Of a stretch of DNA of 64,000 nt, positions 18,526 to 27,932 are shown piece by piece; position 1 is the stretch's first letter; every line of letters begins with the position of its first letter. The notes beneath the pieces were generated by a model. The model was given only the letters and a program-made list of their open reading frames with translations, ran no database searches and was not told where the DNA came from. The position numbers and the translations under genes are program-made. This DNA comes from Actinomycetota bacterium (GTDB lineage Bacteria > Actinomycetota > UBA4738 > HRBIN12), in contig DASTPT010000072.1 of assembly GCA_035762085.1 (NCBI GenBank), forward strand, positions 3,956-67,955, given 5' to 3'.

Positions 18526-19323
18526 TCACGGCTTCGTGCCGACCGCGACCAGGACGTCGCGGAAGTCGAGCACGGGGTCGGCGAACCGCTCGCCGAACGT
18601 GTCGCGGGCGCGCGCGAGGAAGGACTCGAACCGGCCGTCGCCGAGCATCTGGCGCACGAAGCGGCCCGTCGCCCACGTGCCGAGGCCCTCGACGTACTCG
18701 TCCAGCGGGTAGGTGAACCGGTACTGCCGGCGCTCGGTCCGCACGTGCCGAAGCCCCGCGTCGAGCAGCGTCTCCTCCATCGTGTCCCGGCGGCGGAACC
18801 GGTCGCGCCAGGGGATCGCGTCGGCCATCGCCGCCTCGAGGATGTCGCGCGGCACCACGCTCCAGACCAGCTCGAGCCACGTGCGCGTGAGCTCGTCCTG
18901 CCCATCCGACCACGCGGTCATCGCGAGCCGGCCGCCGGGTCGCAGCACGCGGAGGAGGTCGTGCAGGGCGGTCTGGTACTTCGTGAAGTGGGCGATCACG
19001 AAGTTGCCGACGACGGTGTCGAACGTCGCGTCGCGGAACGGCAGGTCGATCACCACGGCGGCGATCGTGCGGACCTGCGGCCGCACGCGCCTGCCGACCG
19101 CCAACATACCGGTCGACCCGTCGATCCCGATGACCGCGCCGTCCCCGACCGCCGAGACGGCCTCGGCCGCGGCCACGCCGGTCCCGGTGCCGACGTCGAG
19201 CACGCGCGCCCCCGGCGCCGGGTCGGCGGCGAGGATCAGGTCGCGCGCGGGCTCGCGCAGGCGGGGGGCGTGGATCCGCTCGTAGGTCTCGGCCACGGCG
19301 TCGTAGGAGCGCCAGTCGGACAT
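18526..19323 (-). CDS. class I SAM-dependent methyltransferase
   Basis: SAM-binding motif VLDVGTGTGVAA and RPGGRLAM. ATG 19323 (MSDWRSYD). The rest of the 965-aa track ORF is shadow sequence. Confidence 0.85.
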   Translation of the reverse strand: MSDWRSYDAVAETYERIHAPRLREPARDLILAADPAPGARVLDVGTGTGVAAAEAVSAVGDGAVIGIDGSTGMLAVGRRVRPQVRTIAAVVIDLPFRDATFDTVVGNFVIAHFTKYQTALHDLLRVLRPGGRLAMTAWSDGQDELTRTWLELVWSVVPRDILEAAMADAIPWRDRFRRRDTMEETLLDAGLRHVRTERRQYRFTYPLDEYVEGLGTWATGRFVRQMLGDGRFESFLARARDTFGERFADPVLDFRDVLVAVGTKP

Positions 19324-19398
19324 GCGTCCCAGCGTACCGGGCGCGTCCACGTACGGACGCTCGCGCCGGTACCCTGGGGCAGGCATGAGGCAGCTCCG

Positions 19399-20175
19399 AT
19401 GACGGGACCCGCGGGCGTGACGGCCCTGGTGCTCGCCGAGACCGTGGCCGGCAGCCTGTGGCTGCTGTTCCTCACGCCGCTCTGGGGGGAGGTCCGGCGG
19501 GGGTTCTTCAAGCTCACCGGCGCCGTGCTGCTCGTGCTCTCCGGCAGCATGTGGTACTCGATCTCCGTGGGGCTGGTCGAGGGCGACGACGCCGGCCGCT
19601 GGTCGCTGTGGCTCGCGGGCGTCCTGACGGCCATGATCCTCGCGTGGGTCGTGCTGATGTTCACCGCCTGGCAGCCGGCCGGCCGCATCCTCGGGATCGC
19701 CTCGGTGCCGGTCTCGGTCGCGCTGCTGATCGCGATGGCGGGGACGGCCGAGGGCTCGGGCGTCGTCGCCGCGATCCAGCTGCTCGCCGGTGCCGCGTTC
19801 CTGGGCGCGGTGCTGGCCGGGTTGCTGCTCGGGCACTGGTACCTCACGGACCGGGGGCTGACGCGGACGCCGATCAACCGGTTCACGACGGTGCTGCTCG
19901 TGGCCGTGGGGCTCGAGATCGCGGCGCTGCTCCTCGGCGGCTTCGGCGCGACGGCCGACGACTCGCAGTTCAACCCGCTGCTCACCTCGGCGGGGCTCGC
20001 GGCCTGGATCGCGCTCGGCATGGCCGGGACGACCCTCCTGATCGCCGTGCTGATCCGCGCGGCGCTCAAGGGTCAGCGCTCCTCGGCGGTCCAGGCGGCC
20101 ACGGGATTCTTCTACCTGGCGGTGATCACGGCGATGACCGCCGAGTTCGCGGCGAAGGTCCGCTTCCTGCCGTGA
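19399..20175 (+). CDS. polytopic membrane protein, unknown function
   Basis: 258 aa with about 8 hydrophobic segments. ATG 19399. No family recognised. A 4-nt gap separates it from the CPBP gene. Confidence 0.6.
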   Translation: MTGPAGVTALVLAETVAGSLWLLFLTPLWGEVRRGFFKLTGAVLLVLSGSMWYSISVGLVEGDDAGRWSLWLAGVLTAMILAWVVLMFTAWQPAGRILGIASVPVSVALLIAMAGTAEGSGVVAAIQLLAGAAFLGAVLAGLLLGHWYLTDRGLTRTPINRFTTVLLVAVGLEIAALLLGGFGATADDSQFNPLLTSAGLAAWIALGMAGTTLLIAVLIRAALKGQRSSAVQAATGFFYLAVITAMTAEFAAKVRFLP

Positions 20176-20179
20176 GCCG

Positions 20180-20812
20180 ATGAACCTCACGATCATGCTG
20201 CTCGGGATGGTCGTGGAGGGGGCGGCGTGGTGGTGGATCTCGAGCCGTGGGGCGAGCGTCTGGTCGACGATGACCCCGGTGCTCGTCGGGATGGGGTTCG
20301 CGGCGCTCCTCACCGGCCGCCCCGAGTTGGCCGAGGACGTGACCCCGGTCGCGGCGGTCGGGGTCGGGCTCGCGGCGGCCGTGGCGCTGTACCTGGCGAC
20401 CCGGGCGTTCGTCGCCGTGGTCGCTCCGCGGTGGGGCGCGTTCCGCGAGCAGTCCGTCGCGATGTACGGGCGACGCGGGTCACGCCCGATCGGCGCCGTG
20501 GTCGCGCTCTCCGCGCTGCTCATGGTGCCGGGGGAGGAGCTGTTCTGGCGCGGTCTGTTCCTGTCCGAGCTGCAGGTCCGGCTCGACGGCGCCGCGCTCG
20601 CCGCCGCGCTCGCGTGGGCCGGATTCCTGGTGGCGAACGCGCCGAGCCGCAACCTCGCGATCGTCGCCGGCGCCGCCGTCGGTGGGGCGGTCTGGGTCAC
20701 CCTGGCCGCGTGGTCGGGCGGGGTCCTCGCCGGCCTCGTGTGCCACGTGGGCTGGACCGCGCTGATGCTCGCGCTCCCGCCGCTGCAGGCGCCGTTCCCG
20801 GAGGGCGTGTGA
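20180..20812 (+). CDS. CPBP family intramembrane glutamic endopeptidase (CAAX protease-like)
   Basis: Motif 1 EELFWRGLF and a distal His motif (LVCHVGWTALM) within a multi-TM protein. Confidence 0.8.
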   Translation: MNLTIMLLGMVVEGAAWWWISSRGASVWSTMTPVLVGMGFAALLTGRPELAEDVTPVAAVGVGLAAAVALYLATRAFVAVVAPRWGAFREQSVAMYGRRGSRPIGAVVALSALLMVPGEELFWRGLFLSELQVRLDGAALAAALAWAGFLVANAPSRNLAIVAGAAVGGAVWVTLAAWSGGVLAGLVCHVGWTALMLALPPLQAPFPEGV

Positions 20813-21762
20813 GCGACCGACTGCCGCAGGAAGCCGTGGAGGTCCTCGAACGCGCCGACTTCTGCTACGTCGCCGCGGCGACGCGGCGCGGGCCCCACGT
20901 GACGCCGATGGTGTTCGCGCACGCCGAAGGCCGCATCTGGGTCACGACCTCCCGCGGCTCGGCGAAGGCGCGGGCGTGGCGGGTCGACCCAGCCGTGGCC
21001 GGGATGGTGCGGACCGCCCATGCCGCCGTGACCTTCGCCGGCTCCGTGCGGACGTACGACCTGTTCGAGGTCGGGTCGTGGGTCCGAGGGGTGGTCGACG
21101 CGCCGGCACTCGCGAGCGCCTCCACGCGGTTCACACGGAAGAACGCCCGATTCTTCGCCGGCTACGCGGTCGACGCCCGGCACGTCCCGCTCTCGTGGAC
21201 GCCGCCCGGGCGCGTGTTCGCGGCGATCGACGTCGAGCGCGCGGCGGTCGTCGGACCCGGCGGCGTGGTCGAGACGATCGGCGCGTGGCCCCGCCGGCTC
21301 CCGTCGATCGAGCGGTTCCGGGCGGCGCCGGCCGGCCCGAGCCCGCTGGCCGGTCTGCCGGACGACGTGCACTCGCCCGTCGGGGAGCGCGGCGAGGGGG
21401 CGCTCGCGCTCGAGGGCGCGCACGGGCTCTCCGTCCTGCCCGTCGCGTGGACGGTGCAGCGCGCCGGCCTCTACACGGCGCTGCCGCCGATGGCGCTCGA
21501 GCTTGCCGGCCTCGACGGTCCGCGGGCCGGGGCGGCGCTCGCGATCGACCGATCCTCGTGGTGGCGTGCCCGTGACATGACCGGGGCGATGGTCCGGGGC
21601 GACGCCGAGGTCGCCGTGCCCGAGGCGCTGACCTCGGGCGCCGCTTCGGCGGCCCGGATCGCGCGCGCCGCCGGGGCCGCCGAGGGCGAGGCGATCGTGC
21701 GCCTGCGTGCCGAGGAGCTGGTCTGGTGGCGCGGCTGGACCAGCGGGACGGTCGTCGCGTGA
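20809..21762 (+). CDS. pyridoxamine 5'-phosphate oxidase-like (split-barrel) family protein, apparently two domains
   Basis: FCYVAAATRRGPHVTPMVFAHAEGRIWVTTSRGSAKA is typical of PNPOx-like proteins. GTG 20809 overlaps the upstream stop. Confidence 0.65.
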   Translation: MSDRLPQEAVEVLERADFCYVAAATRRGPHVTPMVFAHAEGRIWVTTSRGSAKARAWRVDPAVAGMVRTAHAAVTFAGSVRTYDLFEVGSWVRGVVDAPALASASTRFTRKNARFFAGYAVDARHVPLSWTPPGRVFAAIDVERAAVVGPGGVVETIGAWPRRLPSIERFRAAPAGPSPLAGLPDDVHSPVGERGEGALALEGAHGLSVLPVAWTVQRAGLYTALPPMALELAGLDGPRAGAALAIDRSSWWRARDMTGAMVRGDAEVAVPEALTSGAASAARIARAAGAAEGEAIVRLRAEELVWWRGWTSGTVVA

Positions 21763-22208
21763 GCGTCGTCGAGGTCCTCGTCGAGGTCGAGGCGCCGCCC
21801 GAGCGCGTGTGGGAGGTGGTCTCGGACCCCCGCAAGCTGTCGCACTGGGACCGTCACGTCGAGTCGGTCGAGGGGGTTCCGGCGGGTGGGCTCGCGGAGG
21901 GGGTCCGGTACACGACCGTGATGCGGTTCATGGCGGTCCGGGGGCACGTGGCCGCGGAGGTCCTCGAGTTCGACCCGCCGCATCGTGCGGTGATCATGCT
22001 GACCGGGCTGATCGACGCGATCGTCACGACGACCGTCGAGCCGCTCCCGGGCGACCGCAGCCTGCTGAAGCACGTCGTCGACTACCACTTCCGCGGGGGG
22101 TTCATCGGCGACTTCGCGGCGCGCAGCCTGCAGCTGCTCGGCGGTGCGCAGCTCGCGCTGCGGCACGGCACGCACGCACAGAAGCGCGAGATCGAGCGGC
22201 GGTCCTAG
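21759..22208 (+). CDS. SRPBCC family protein
   Basis: VEVEAPPERVWEVVSDPRKLSHWD. GTG 21759 overlaps the upstream stop (GTGA). Confidence 0.7.
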   Translation: MSVVEVLVEVEAPPERVWEVVSDPRKLSHWDRHVESVEGVPAGGLAEGVRYTTVMRFMAVRGHVAAEVLEFDPPHRAVIMLTGLIDAIVTTTVEPLPGDRSLLKHVVDYHFRGGFIGDFAARSLQLLGGAQLALRHGTHAQKREIERRS

Positions 22209-22513
22209 CCCTCCATCCCGCGGCGCATCGCCCGACGCTCGGCGCGCTTCGGTCGCCCGACGGCCCAGCCGACGACGAACCCCAGCACGGCGGCGATCAG
22301 GATCACGACGACGACGCGGACCTGCGCGTCGAAGAACAGGAAGTCCACGTCGACCTTGTCCGAGTTCTGGATCGCGAAGATCGCGAGCAGGACCAGGCCG
22401 ATCCCGCCCAGGATCCAACGGATCCCGATCCCGCCGCGTGGCACCGATTGCGGTTCGATCGGCTCCCGGCCCTCGTCGTCCCTGCCCGGGTCGAAGTCCT
22501 CGTGGCGTCGCAT
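22205..22513 (-). CDS. LapA/DUF1049-like small membrane protein
   Basis: Two TM helices flanking NSDKVDVDFLFFDAQV. ATG 22513 with GGGGAGG upstream. Confidence 0.6.
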   Translation of the reverse strand: MRRHEDFDPGRDDEGREPIEPQSVPRGGIGIRWILGGIGLVLLAIFAIQNSDKVDVDFLFFDAQVRVVVVILIAAVLGFVVGWAVGRPKRAERRAMRRGMEG

Positions 22514-22585
22514 CGCGCCTCCCCTAAGCGTCCCGCCCATCGTGCCACACCGGTGGGACCTGTACCTCGCGTAGAGTGGGCGGCC

Positions 22586-23173
22586 GTGGACGTGCGCAGG
22601 GTCTCGAGGGTCGTCGGGCTCGTCGGGGCCGCGCTCGCCGTCGGCGTGGCGGTCACGGGCGGCCGGGCGCGCCGGACGGACGAGCGCGCGTTCTTCGCGC
22701 TGAACCGCCTCGCGGACGAGCGCGTCGACGGCGTCGCCTCGGCGATCACGGAGTTCGGCTCGATCTGGGCCTCGGTCGGCGCCGCGGCCGTGCTGGCGGC
22801 GAGGGGGCATCGGCGGGCGGCGGCCCGCGGCCTGACGGCCGCGGGCCTCACCTGGCTCGCCGGGCAGGCGCTGAAGCGGCTGTTCGAGCGCCAGCGGCCG
22901 TACGAGGCCGAGGCCGAGGGCACGCGCCTGCTGATCGGCCCGCCGAAGGCCTCGTCGTGGCCGAGCAGTCACCCGGCCGTCCTGCTGTCGTTCGTGGAGG
23001 TCGCCGGGCGCGAGGCGGGGCTGAGGCGCTCGGTCCGCGCCGCGCTCGCGGGGCTCGCCGGCGCCGTCGGGGTCTCCCGCGTCGTGGTCGGCGTCCACTA
23101 CCCAGGCGACGTGGCCGGCGGCCTGCTCCTCGGGCGGGCGGTCGCCGAGGGCGTCGCCGGGAACGGCCGGTAG
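22586..23173 (+). CDS. PAP2 superfamily phosphatase
   Basis: PAP2 motifs KRLFERQRP, SWPSSH and SRVVVGVHYPGD. Confidence 0.78.
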   Translation: MDVRRVSRVVGLVGAALAVGVAVTGGRARRTDERAFFALNRLADERVDGVASAITEFGSIWASVGAAAVLAARGHRRAAARGLTAAGLTWLAGQALKRLFERQRPYEAEAEGTRLLIGPPKASSWPSSHPAVLLSFVEVAGREAGLRRSVRAALAGLAGAVGVSRVVVGVHYPGDVAGGLLLGRAVAEGVAGNGR

Positions 23174-23183
23174 ACTCGCGCCC

Positions 23184-24107
23184 GTGCTGCTCGCGACGAT
23201 CGGCTGGCCGGTCCTGGACCGGATCCACCTGTTCGGCGACTTCGCGGTGTCGCCCCACGGGATCGGGATCGCGATCGGGGTCCTCTTCGGCGCGTGGATC
23301 TGGAGCGTCGAGGGGCCCAAGCGCGGCGTCACCGTCGACCACATCAACACGATGCTGTTCTGGGTGCTGGTCGGCGCCATCGTCGGCGCGCGCCTATTCT
23401 GGGTGATCGGGCACTGGTCGGAGCTGGACGAGCCGCTCGACGCGCTGCGCGTATGGGAGGGGGGGCTGACGCTCCTCGGCGGCATCGCCGGCGCGGTGCT
23501 CGTGAACATCCCGAACATCCGCCGCTACGGCTACTCGTTCTTCCAGGTGCTGGATGGCGCCATGATGGGCCTGGCCTTCGGCATCGCCTTCGGTCGGATC
23601 GGCGACCTCATCATCGGCGACCACCTCGGCAAGCCGACCAGCTGGCTCCTCGCATGGCAGTACGACGGCGGCACGCCCGCGGGGTTCAGCTGCGTGGCCG
23701 ACGCGTGCCGGACCACCCTGCAGGGCGGGAAGGAGCTCCTGCTCACGACCACCGGGTCGACGCTCTACGGGAGCGGGGGCGAGGTGCTCGGCACCGGCAC
23801 GGGGGTGCATCAGACGGCGCTGTACGACATGGCCTTCGCCACGCTGCTGTTCCTGTTCCTGTACGGGATGTCGCGCGTGCCACGGCGGCTGGGCGTCCTG
23901 ACCCTGACGTTCGGCGCCTGGTACGGCGCGACCCGGGTGATCGAGGACTTCCTGCGCGTCGACAAGCGGATCTTCGGGCTCACGGGGAGCCAGTGGACCG
24001 GGCTCACGGTCTCGCTCCTCAGCCTGACGGTCCTCGCGGTCTGGGCGCTCCGAGCGCGCTCGGGCCCGCGCGAGCCCGAGACCGTGGAGGCCGACGCCTC
24101 TCCCTAG
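23184..24107 (+). CDS. lgt: prolipoprotein diacylglyceryl transferase
   Basis: HGIGIAIGVLFGAWIW and FGRIGDLIIGDHLGKP, with full-length Lgt-like topology. Confidence 0.9.
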   Translation: MLLATIGWPVLDRIHLFGDFAVSPHGIGIAIGVLFGAWIWSVEGPKRGVTVDHINTMLFWVLVGAIVGARLFWVIGHWSELDEPLDALRVWEGGLTLLGGIAGAVLVNIPNIRRYGYSFFQVLDGAMMGLAFGIAFGRIGDLIIGDHLGKPTSWLLAWQYDGGTPAGFSCVADACRTTLQGGKELLLTTTGSTLYGSGGEVLGTGTGVHQTALYDMAFATLLFLFLYGMSRVPRRLGVLTLTFGAWYGATRVIEDFLRVDKRIFGLTGSQWTGLTVSLLSLTVLAVWALRARSGPREPETVEADASP

Positions 24108-25246
24108 TGCGCGTGCCCGTGTCCCGCGGGCGCCCCCGGACCGGCGAGCAGCGTCAGCGGCTTGCCCACCTTGCTCCGAACGGCCTGCGCCAGGCCGCGG
24201 GCGGCCTCGCGGAAGGCCGCCCCGGCCGGGGAGTCGGGGTCCGAGGCAACGATCGGCGTGCCGGTGTCGCCGCCCTCGCGCAGCGCGACCATCAGGGGGA
24301 TCTCGGCCATCAGCGGCACGCCGAGCGTGCGGGCCGCCTCCGCGCCCCCGCCCTCCCCGAAGATCCGCGTGGCCTCGCCGCAGTGCGGGCAGAGGAAGCT
24401 CGACATGTTCTCGATCACGCCGACCGGACGCAGGTTCGTGCGCTCGGCCATCTTGCCGGCGCGCTCGGCGACGCGGCGGGCGGCCTCCTGGGGGGTCGTC
24501 ACGACCAGCATCGAGGCGCCGGGTAGGAACGAGGCCAGGCTGATCGACACGTCGCCGGTCCCCGGCGGCAGGTCCACGAGCAGGAAGTCCAGGTCGCCCC
24601 AGTAGACGTCGCCGAGGAACTGCTCGATCGCCTTGTGCAGCATGGGTCCTCGCCAGATGACCGGCGTCTCCTCCGGTACGAAGAAGCCCATCGAGATCAC
24701 CTTCACCCCGTGCGACTCGAGCGGCAGGATCATGTCGTTGAACCCGACCGGCCGTCCCGAGACGCCGAGCATCCGCGGGATCGAGAAGCCCCACACGTCC
24801 GCGTCCAGGACGCCGACGCGGTGCCCCTCGGCCGCGAGTGCGACCGCCAGGTTCACGGTCACGCTCGACTTGCCGACGCCGCCCTTGCCCGAGGCGATCG
24901 CGATCACGCTGGTCGTGCCATCCGTGAAGAACGTCCGCTGCTGCGCCTGCGCCGCCGCCGCGCCGGGCCCACGGAGCCTGGCGACGAGCGCCGCGCGCTG
25001 CTGCTCGCTCATCGGCGTCATCCGGACGTCGACCTGGCTGACGCCGAGCGGCGCGAGCGCCGCCTTCACGTCGCCGGTGATGCGGTCCTGCAGGGGACAG
25101 CCCGCGATCGTGAGCAGGACGTGGACGCGGACGAGGTCGCCGTCCACCTCCACACCCTCGAGCATGTCGAGGTCCTCGATCGGCTTGCCGATCTCGGGGT
25201 CGAGGACGTTGCGCAGCGCTTGTCGGACCTGCTCCTCGGTCACCAC
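24104..25246 (-). CDS. Mrp/NBP35/ApbC family Fe-S cluster carrier ATPase
   Basis: N-terminal DUF59-like domain (VRQALRNVLDPEIGKPI), deviant Walker A SGKGGVGKSS, and CPHCG motif. GTG 25246 lies 8 nt after AAGGAG. Confidence 0.92.
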   Translation of the reverse strand: MVTEEQVRQALRNVLDPEIGKPIEDLDMLEGVEVDGDLVRVHVLLTIAGCPLQDRITGDVKAALAPLGVSQVDVRMTPMSEQQRAALVARLRGPGAAAAQAQQRTFFTDGTTSVIAIASGKGGVGKSSVTVNLAVALAAEGHRVGVLDADVWGFSIPRMLGVSGRPVGFNDMILPLESHGVKVISMGFFVPEETPVIWRGPMLHKAIEQFLGDVYWGDLDFLLVDLPPGTGDVSISLASFLPGASMLVVTTPQEAARRVAERAGKMAERTNLRPVGVIENMSSFLCPHCGEATRIFGEGGGAEAARTLGVPLMAEIPLMVALREGGDTGTPIVASDPDSPAGAAFREAARGLAQAVRSKVGKPLTLLAGPGAPAGHGHAH

Positions 25247-25334
25247 CAGGCGTGCTCCTTCTGGATATGCAAGATTAGGACCGTGCGAACCGTGGTCTTC
25301 CATCCCATGGTACGGCCGGGCCGCGAGACCGTCG

Positions 25335-26069
25335 ATGCCCCGGCGTGAGCCGACGCCGCTCGAGGTGCACAAGGCCCTCGCGGACGACACGCGGTTCCGG
25401 CTGTATCGGTACCTCCGGCTCTCGGGCCGGCCGGTGTCGGTACGAGAGCTGTCGGCTCGGCTATCGCTGCACCCGAACACGCTGCGTCCCCACCTGCGCC
25501 GGCTCGAGGAGGTCGGCCTGGTCGAGAGCGAGATCCGCAAGGGCGCGACCGTCGGCCGTCCCCAGACCCTCTACACCGTCGCGGTCCGCGAGGAGCCCGA
25601 GATGGGCGACTACCGCCTGCTCGCCGGGATCCTGGCGGGCCTGCTGACCGGTCAGCGCTCGCGCGACCGAGCGCAGGAGCTCGCGCGGGAGTGGGGGGAG
25701 TACCTGGTCGTCCAGGGCGGGCCGAAGCCCGGCACGCGGCTGCCCGCCCGTCGGAACCTCGCGATCCTCCAGGATGCGATGGCCCGCGCGGGGTTCGACC
25801 CGCGGTTCCGTCGGCTGACGCCGACCACGGTCGAGGTGTCCCTCCGCGCCTGTCCCTTCCGGGACCTCGTCGACGACCACCGCGACCTGGTGTGTGCGAT
25901 CCACCGAGGCCTGCTCGAGGGGATGCTCCGGGGCCTGAAGCCGCCGCTCGCGCTCGCCGAGTTCGCGCCGCTCGCCGAGCGGGGGGTGTGCCGGCTGGTC
26001 GCCCGCGGCCGGAACTCCTCCCCGGGCGCTCAGGAGCGGGCCGGCGGCCGCCGATACAAGCGGGAGTAG
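25335..26069 (+). CDS. ArsR-type winged-helix regulator with C-terminal Cys-containing domain (COG2345/SufR-like)
   Basis: LADDTRFRLYRYL...VSVRELSARLSLHPNTLRPHLRRLEEVGLV, followed by CPFRDLVDDHRDLVC...C. Confidence 0.8.
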   Translation: MPRREPTPLEVHKALADDTRFRLYRYLRLSGRPVSVRELSARLSLHPNTLRPHLRRLEEVGLVESEIRKGATVGRPQTLYTVAVREEPEMGDYRLLAGILAGLLTGQRSRDRAQELAREWGEYLVVQGGPKPGTRLPARRNLAILQDAMARAGFDPRFRRLTPTTVEVSLRACPFRDLVDDHRDLVCAIHRGLLEGMLRGLKPPLALAEFAPLAERGVCRLVARGRNSSPGAQERAGGRRYKRE

Positions 26070-26122
26070 GGACCGCCCGAACAGCGGTCCGGCACCCGTC
26101 CGCGCTCGAGGAGGCCCAACGC

Positions 26123-27265
26123 GTGTTGACCGCACGGGAGTTCGAAGACACGTCCGCGCACGCAGCCGCCGTGGCGGACCTGATGACGCAGTTCAACGGA
26201 TGGCTCCGACTGGTCGTCGAGCGCGACGCCTCGGACCTGCATCTGAAGGTAGGCGTCCCACCGAAGATCCGCGACACGGGCGTGCTGTCACCGATCGACG
26301 GATACCCACGCCTCGAGCACGCCGAGACCGAGCGGATCGCGGGCGCCATCGTCCCGGATGACCGCCGCGAGCGGCTCCGCGAGGTCGGGGAGGTCGACTT
26401 CGCGTACTCGGTACCCGGGGTCGGACGGTTCCGCGCCAATGTGTTCCGGCAGCGGGGCTCGCTCAGCATGGTGTTCCGCAAGCTCCGGTTCGGCGGTCCG
26501 ACCTTCGCCCAGATGCGCCTGCCGGACACGATCCGCGTGCTCTCCGAGGAGCCCCGCGGCCTGGTCCTCGTCACCGGGCCGACGGGTTCGGGCAAGACGA
26601 CCACGCTGGCCGCGATGATCGAGCACCTGAACCACACGCGTCCCTGCCACGTCGTGACGATCGAGGATCCGATCGAGGTGCTGTTCGAGGACGACACGGC
26701 CTCGATCAACCAGCGCGAGGTCGGCAACGACACCGAGAGCTTCCTGTCGGCGCTGCGGGCCGCGCTCCGTCAGGACCCCGACGTGATCCTGATCGGCGAG
26801 ATGCGCGACACCGAGACGGTCCGCGCCGCCCTGCAGGCCGCCGAGACCGGCCATCTGGTGCTCTCGACGCTGCACACGGTGGACACGACCGAGACCGTGA
26901 ACCGCGTGATCGACTTCTTCCCGCCCTACCAGCAGAGCCAGATCCGCCTGACGCTCGCGGGGGCCCTCCGCGGCATCGTCTGCCAGCGTCTGGTCCCGGA
27001 CACGGCCGGCGGCCTGGTCCCCAGCCACGAGATCCTCGTGAACACCGGGCGCGTGGCCGAGCGGATCGCCGACGAGGAGAAGACCGCCGAGATCCACGAC
27101 GTGATCGCCGAGGGCAGCTACTACGGCATGACGACGTTCGACCAGTCCCTGCTCTCGCTCGTGCAGGCCGGCACGGTCACCGTCGAGCACGCGCTCACCG
27201 CCTCGTCGAACCCGCACGACCTCCAGCTGCAGCTCCAGCAGGCGGGCGTCGCGCTCCCGCTCTAG
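26123..27265 (+). CDS. pilT: PilT-type secretion/twitching ATPase
   Basis: ASDLHL, Walker A GPTGSGKTTT, Walker B DVILIGEMRD, His box GHLVLSTLHT. GTG 26123 lies 9 nt after GAGGAG. Alternative start at ATG 26183. Confidence 0.9.
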   Translation: MLTAREFEDTSAHAAAVADLMTQFNGWLRLVVERDASDLHLKVGVPPKIRDTGVLSPIDGYPRLEHAETERIAGAIVPDDRRERLREVGEVDFAYSVPGVGRFRANVFRQRGSLSMVFRKLRFGGPTFAQMRLPDTIRVLSEEPRGLVLVTGPTGSGKTTTLAAMIEHLNHTRPCHVVTIEDPIEVLFEDDTASINQREVGNDTESFLSALRAALRQDPDVILIGEMRDTETVRAALQAAETGHLVLSTLHTVDTTETVNRVIDFFPPYQQSQIRLTLAGALRGIVCQRLVPDTAGGLVPSHEILVNTGRVAERIADEEKTAEIHDVIAEGSYYGMTTFDQSLLSLVQAGTVTVEHALTASSNPHDLQLQLQQAGVALPL

Positions 27266-27861
27266 ATCTCGCTGCGAAGGCGGCCCGGCCCGCTCCGTCG
27301 GCGTGCCGTGAGTCCGATACCCACGCCGGCCGCCAGGCCGAGCGCTCCACCGCCCAGCCAGCCGACCGCCTGGCTCGAGGATGCGGGGGTCGTCGCGGCG
27401 ACGACCTCGGTCGGGGGGTCCGCGGGATCGAACTCGCTCGCCGCGTCGGGGACCGCGATCGGCTCGACGGTCACGGCCTCGCCGCTGCCCGCGCCCCTGC
27501 CGTCGCCGACCACGATCGCGCCGGACATCCCCGGGTGGATCGAGCAGGCGAACGGGTAGACGCCCGGCTCGGCGAACGACGCCCGGAACGCATCCCCGCC
27601 GAGGATGTCCTCGAAATGGCCCCACTGGTTCGCGGTGACGTTGTGCGCCATGTCGCTGCGGTTCACGAACGTGATGGACTCCGCCGTGTGGTCGACGTAC
27701 AGGACCGTCGGCGTGAAGCAGGCCTCGACCATCTCGACCGTGGTGCCCGACCCCTGGGTGACCCCGAGGTGACAGCCGCCGCCCGCGGCCGCCGGGACCG
27801 CGGGTAGGACGAGCCAGACCAGGATCGAGACCGCTGATGCGTAGGCTGCTCGGCGCGCCAT
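27262..27861 (-). CDS. membrane-anchored cupredoxin (amicyanin-like type-1 copper protein)
   Basis: Signal peptide, Cu ligands H (MAHNV) and C-x2-H-x2-M (FACSIHPGM), and a C-terminal TM helix plus basic tail. ATG 27861 with GGAGGG upstream. Confidence 0.8.
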   Translation of the reverse strand: MARRAAYASAVSILVWLVLPAVPAAAGGGCHLGVTQGSGTTVEMVEACFTPTVLYVDHTAESITFVNRSDMAHNVTANQWGHFEDILGGDAFRASFAEPGVYPFACSIHPGMSGAIVVGDGRGAGSGEAVTVEPIAVPDAASEFDPADPPTEVVAATTPASSSQAVGWLGGGALGLAAGVGIGLTARRRSGPGRLRSEI

Positions 27862-27932
27862 GTCGCTCCCTCCGATCGGGTCGATGCCTGCTCTACACCG
27901 CGCGGAGGCGATGGGTTCCCCGACCTCCCGCG

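Noticed and set aside
18526-21423. 965-aa minus-strand ORF
   Set aside because: Only the C-terminal 265 codons form the SAM methyltransferase (start 19323). The rest is antisense to the plus-strand membrane/CPBP/PNPOx operon.
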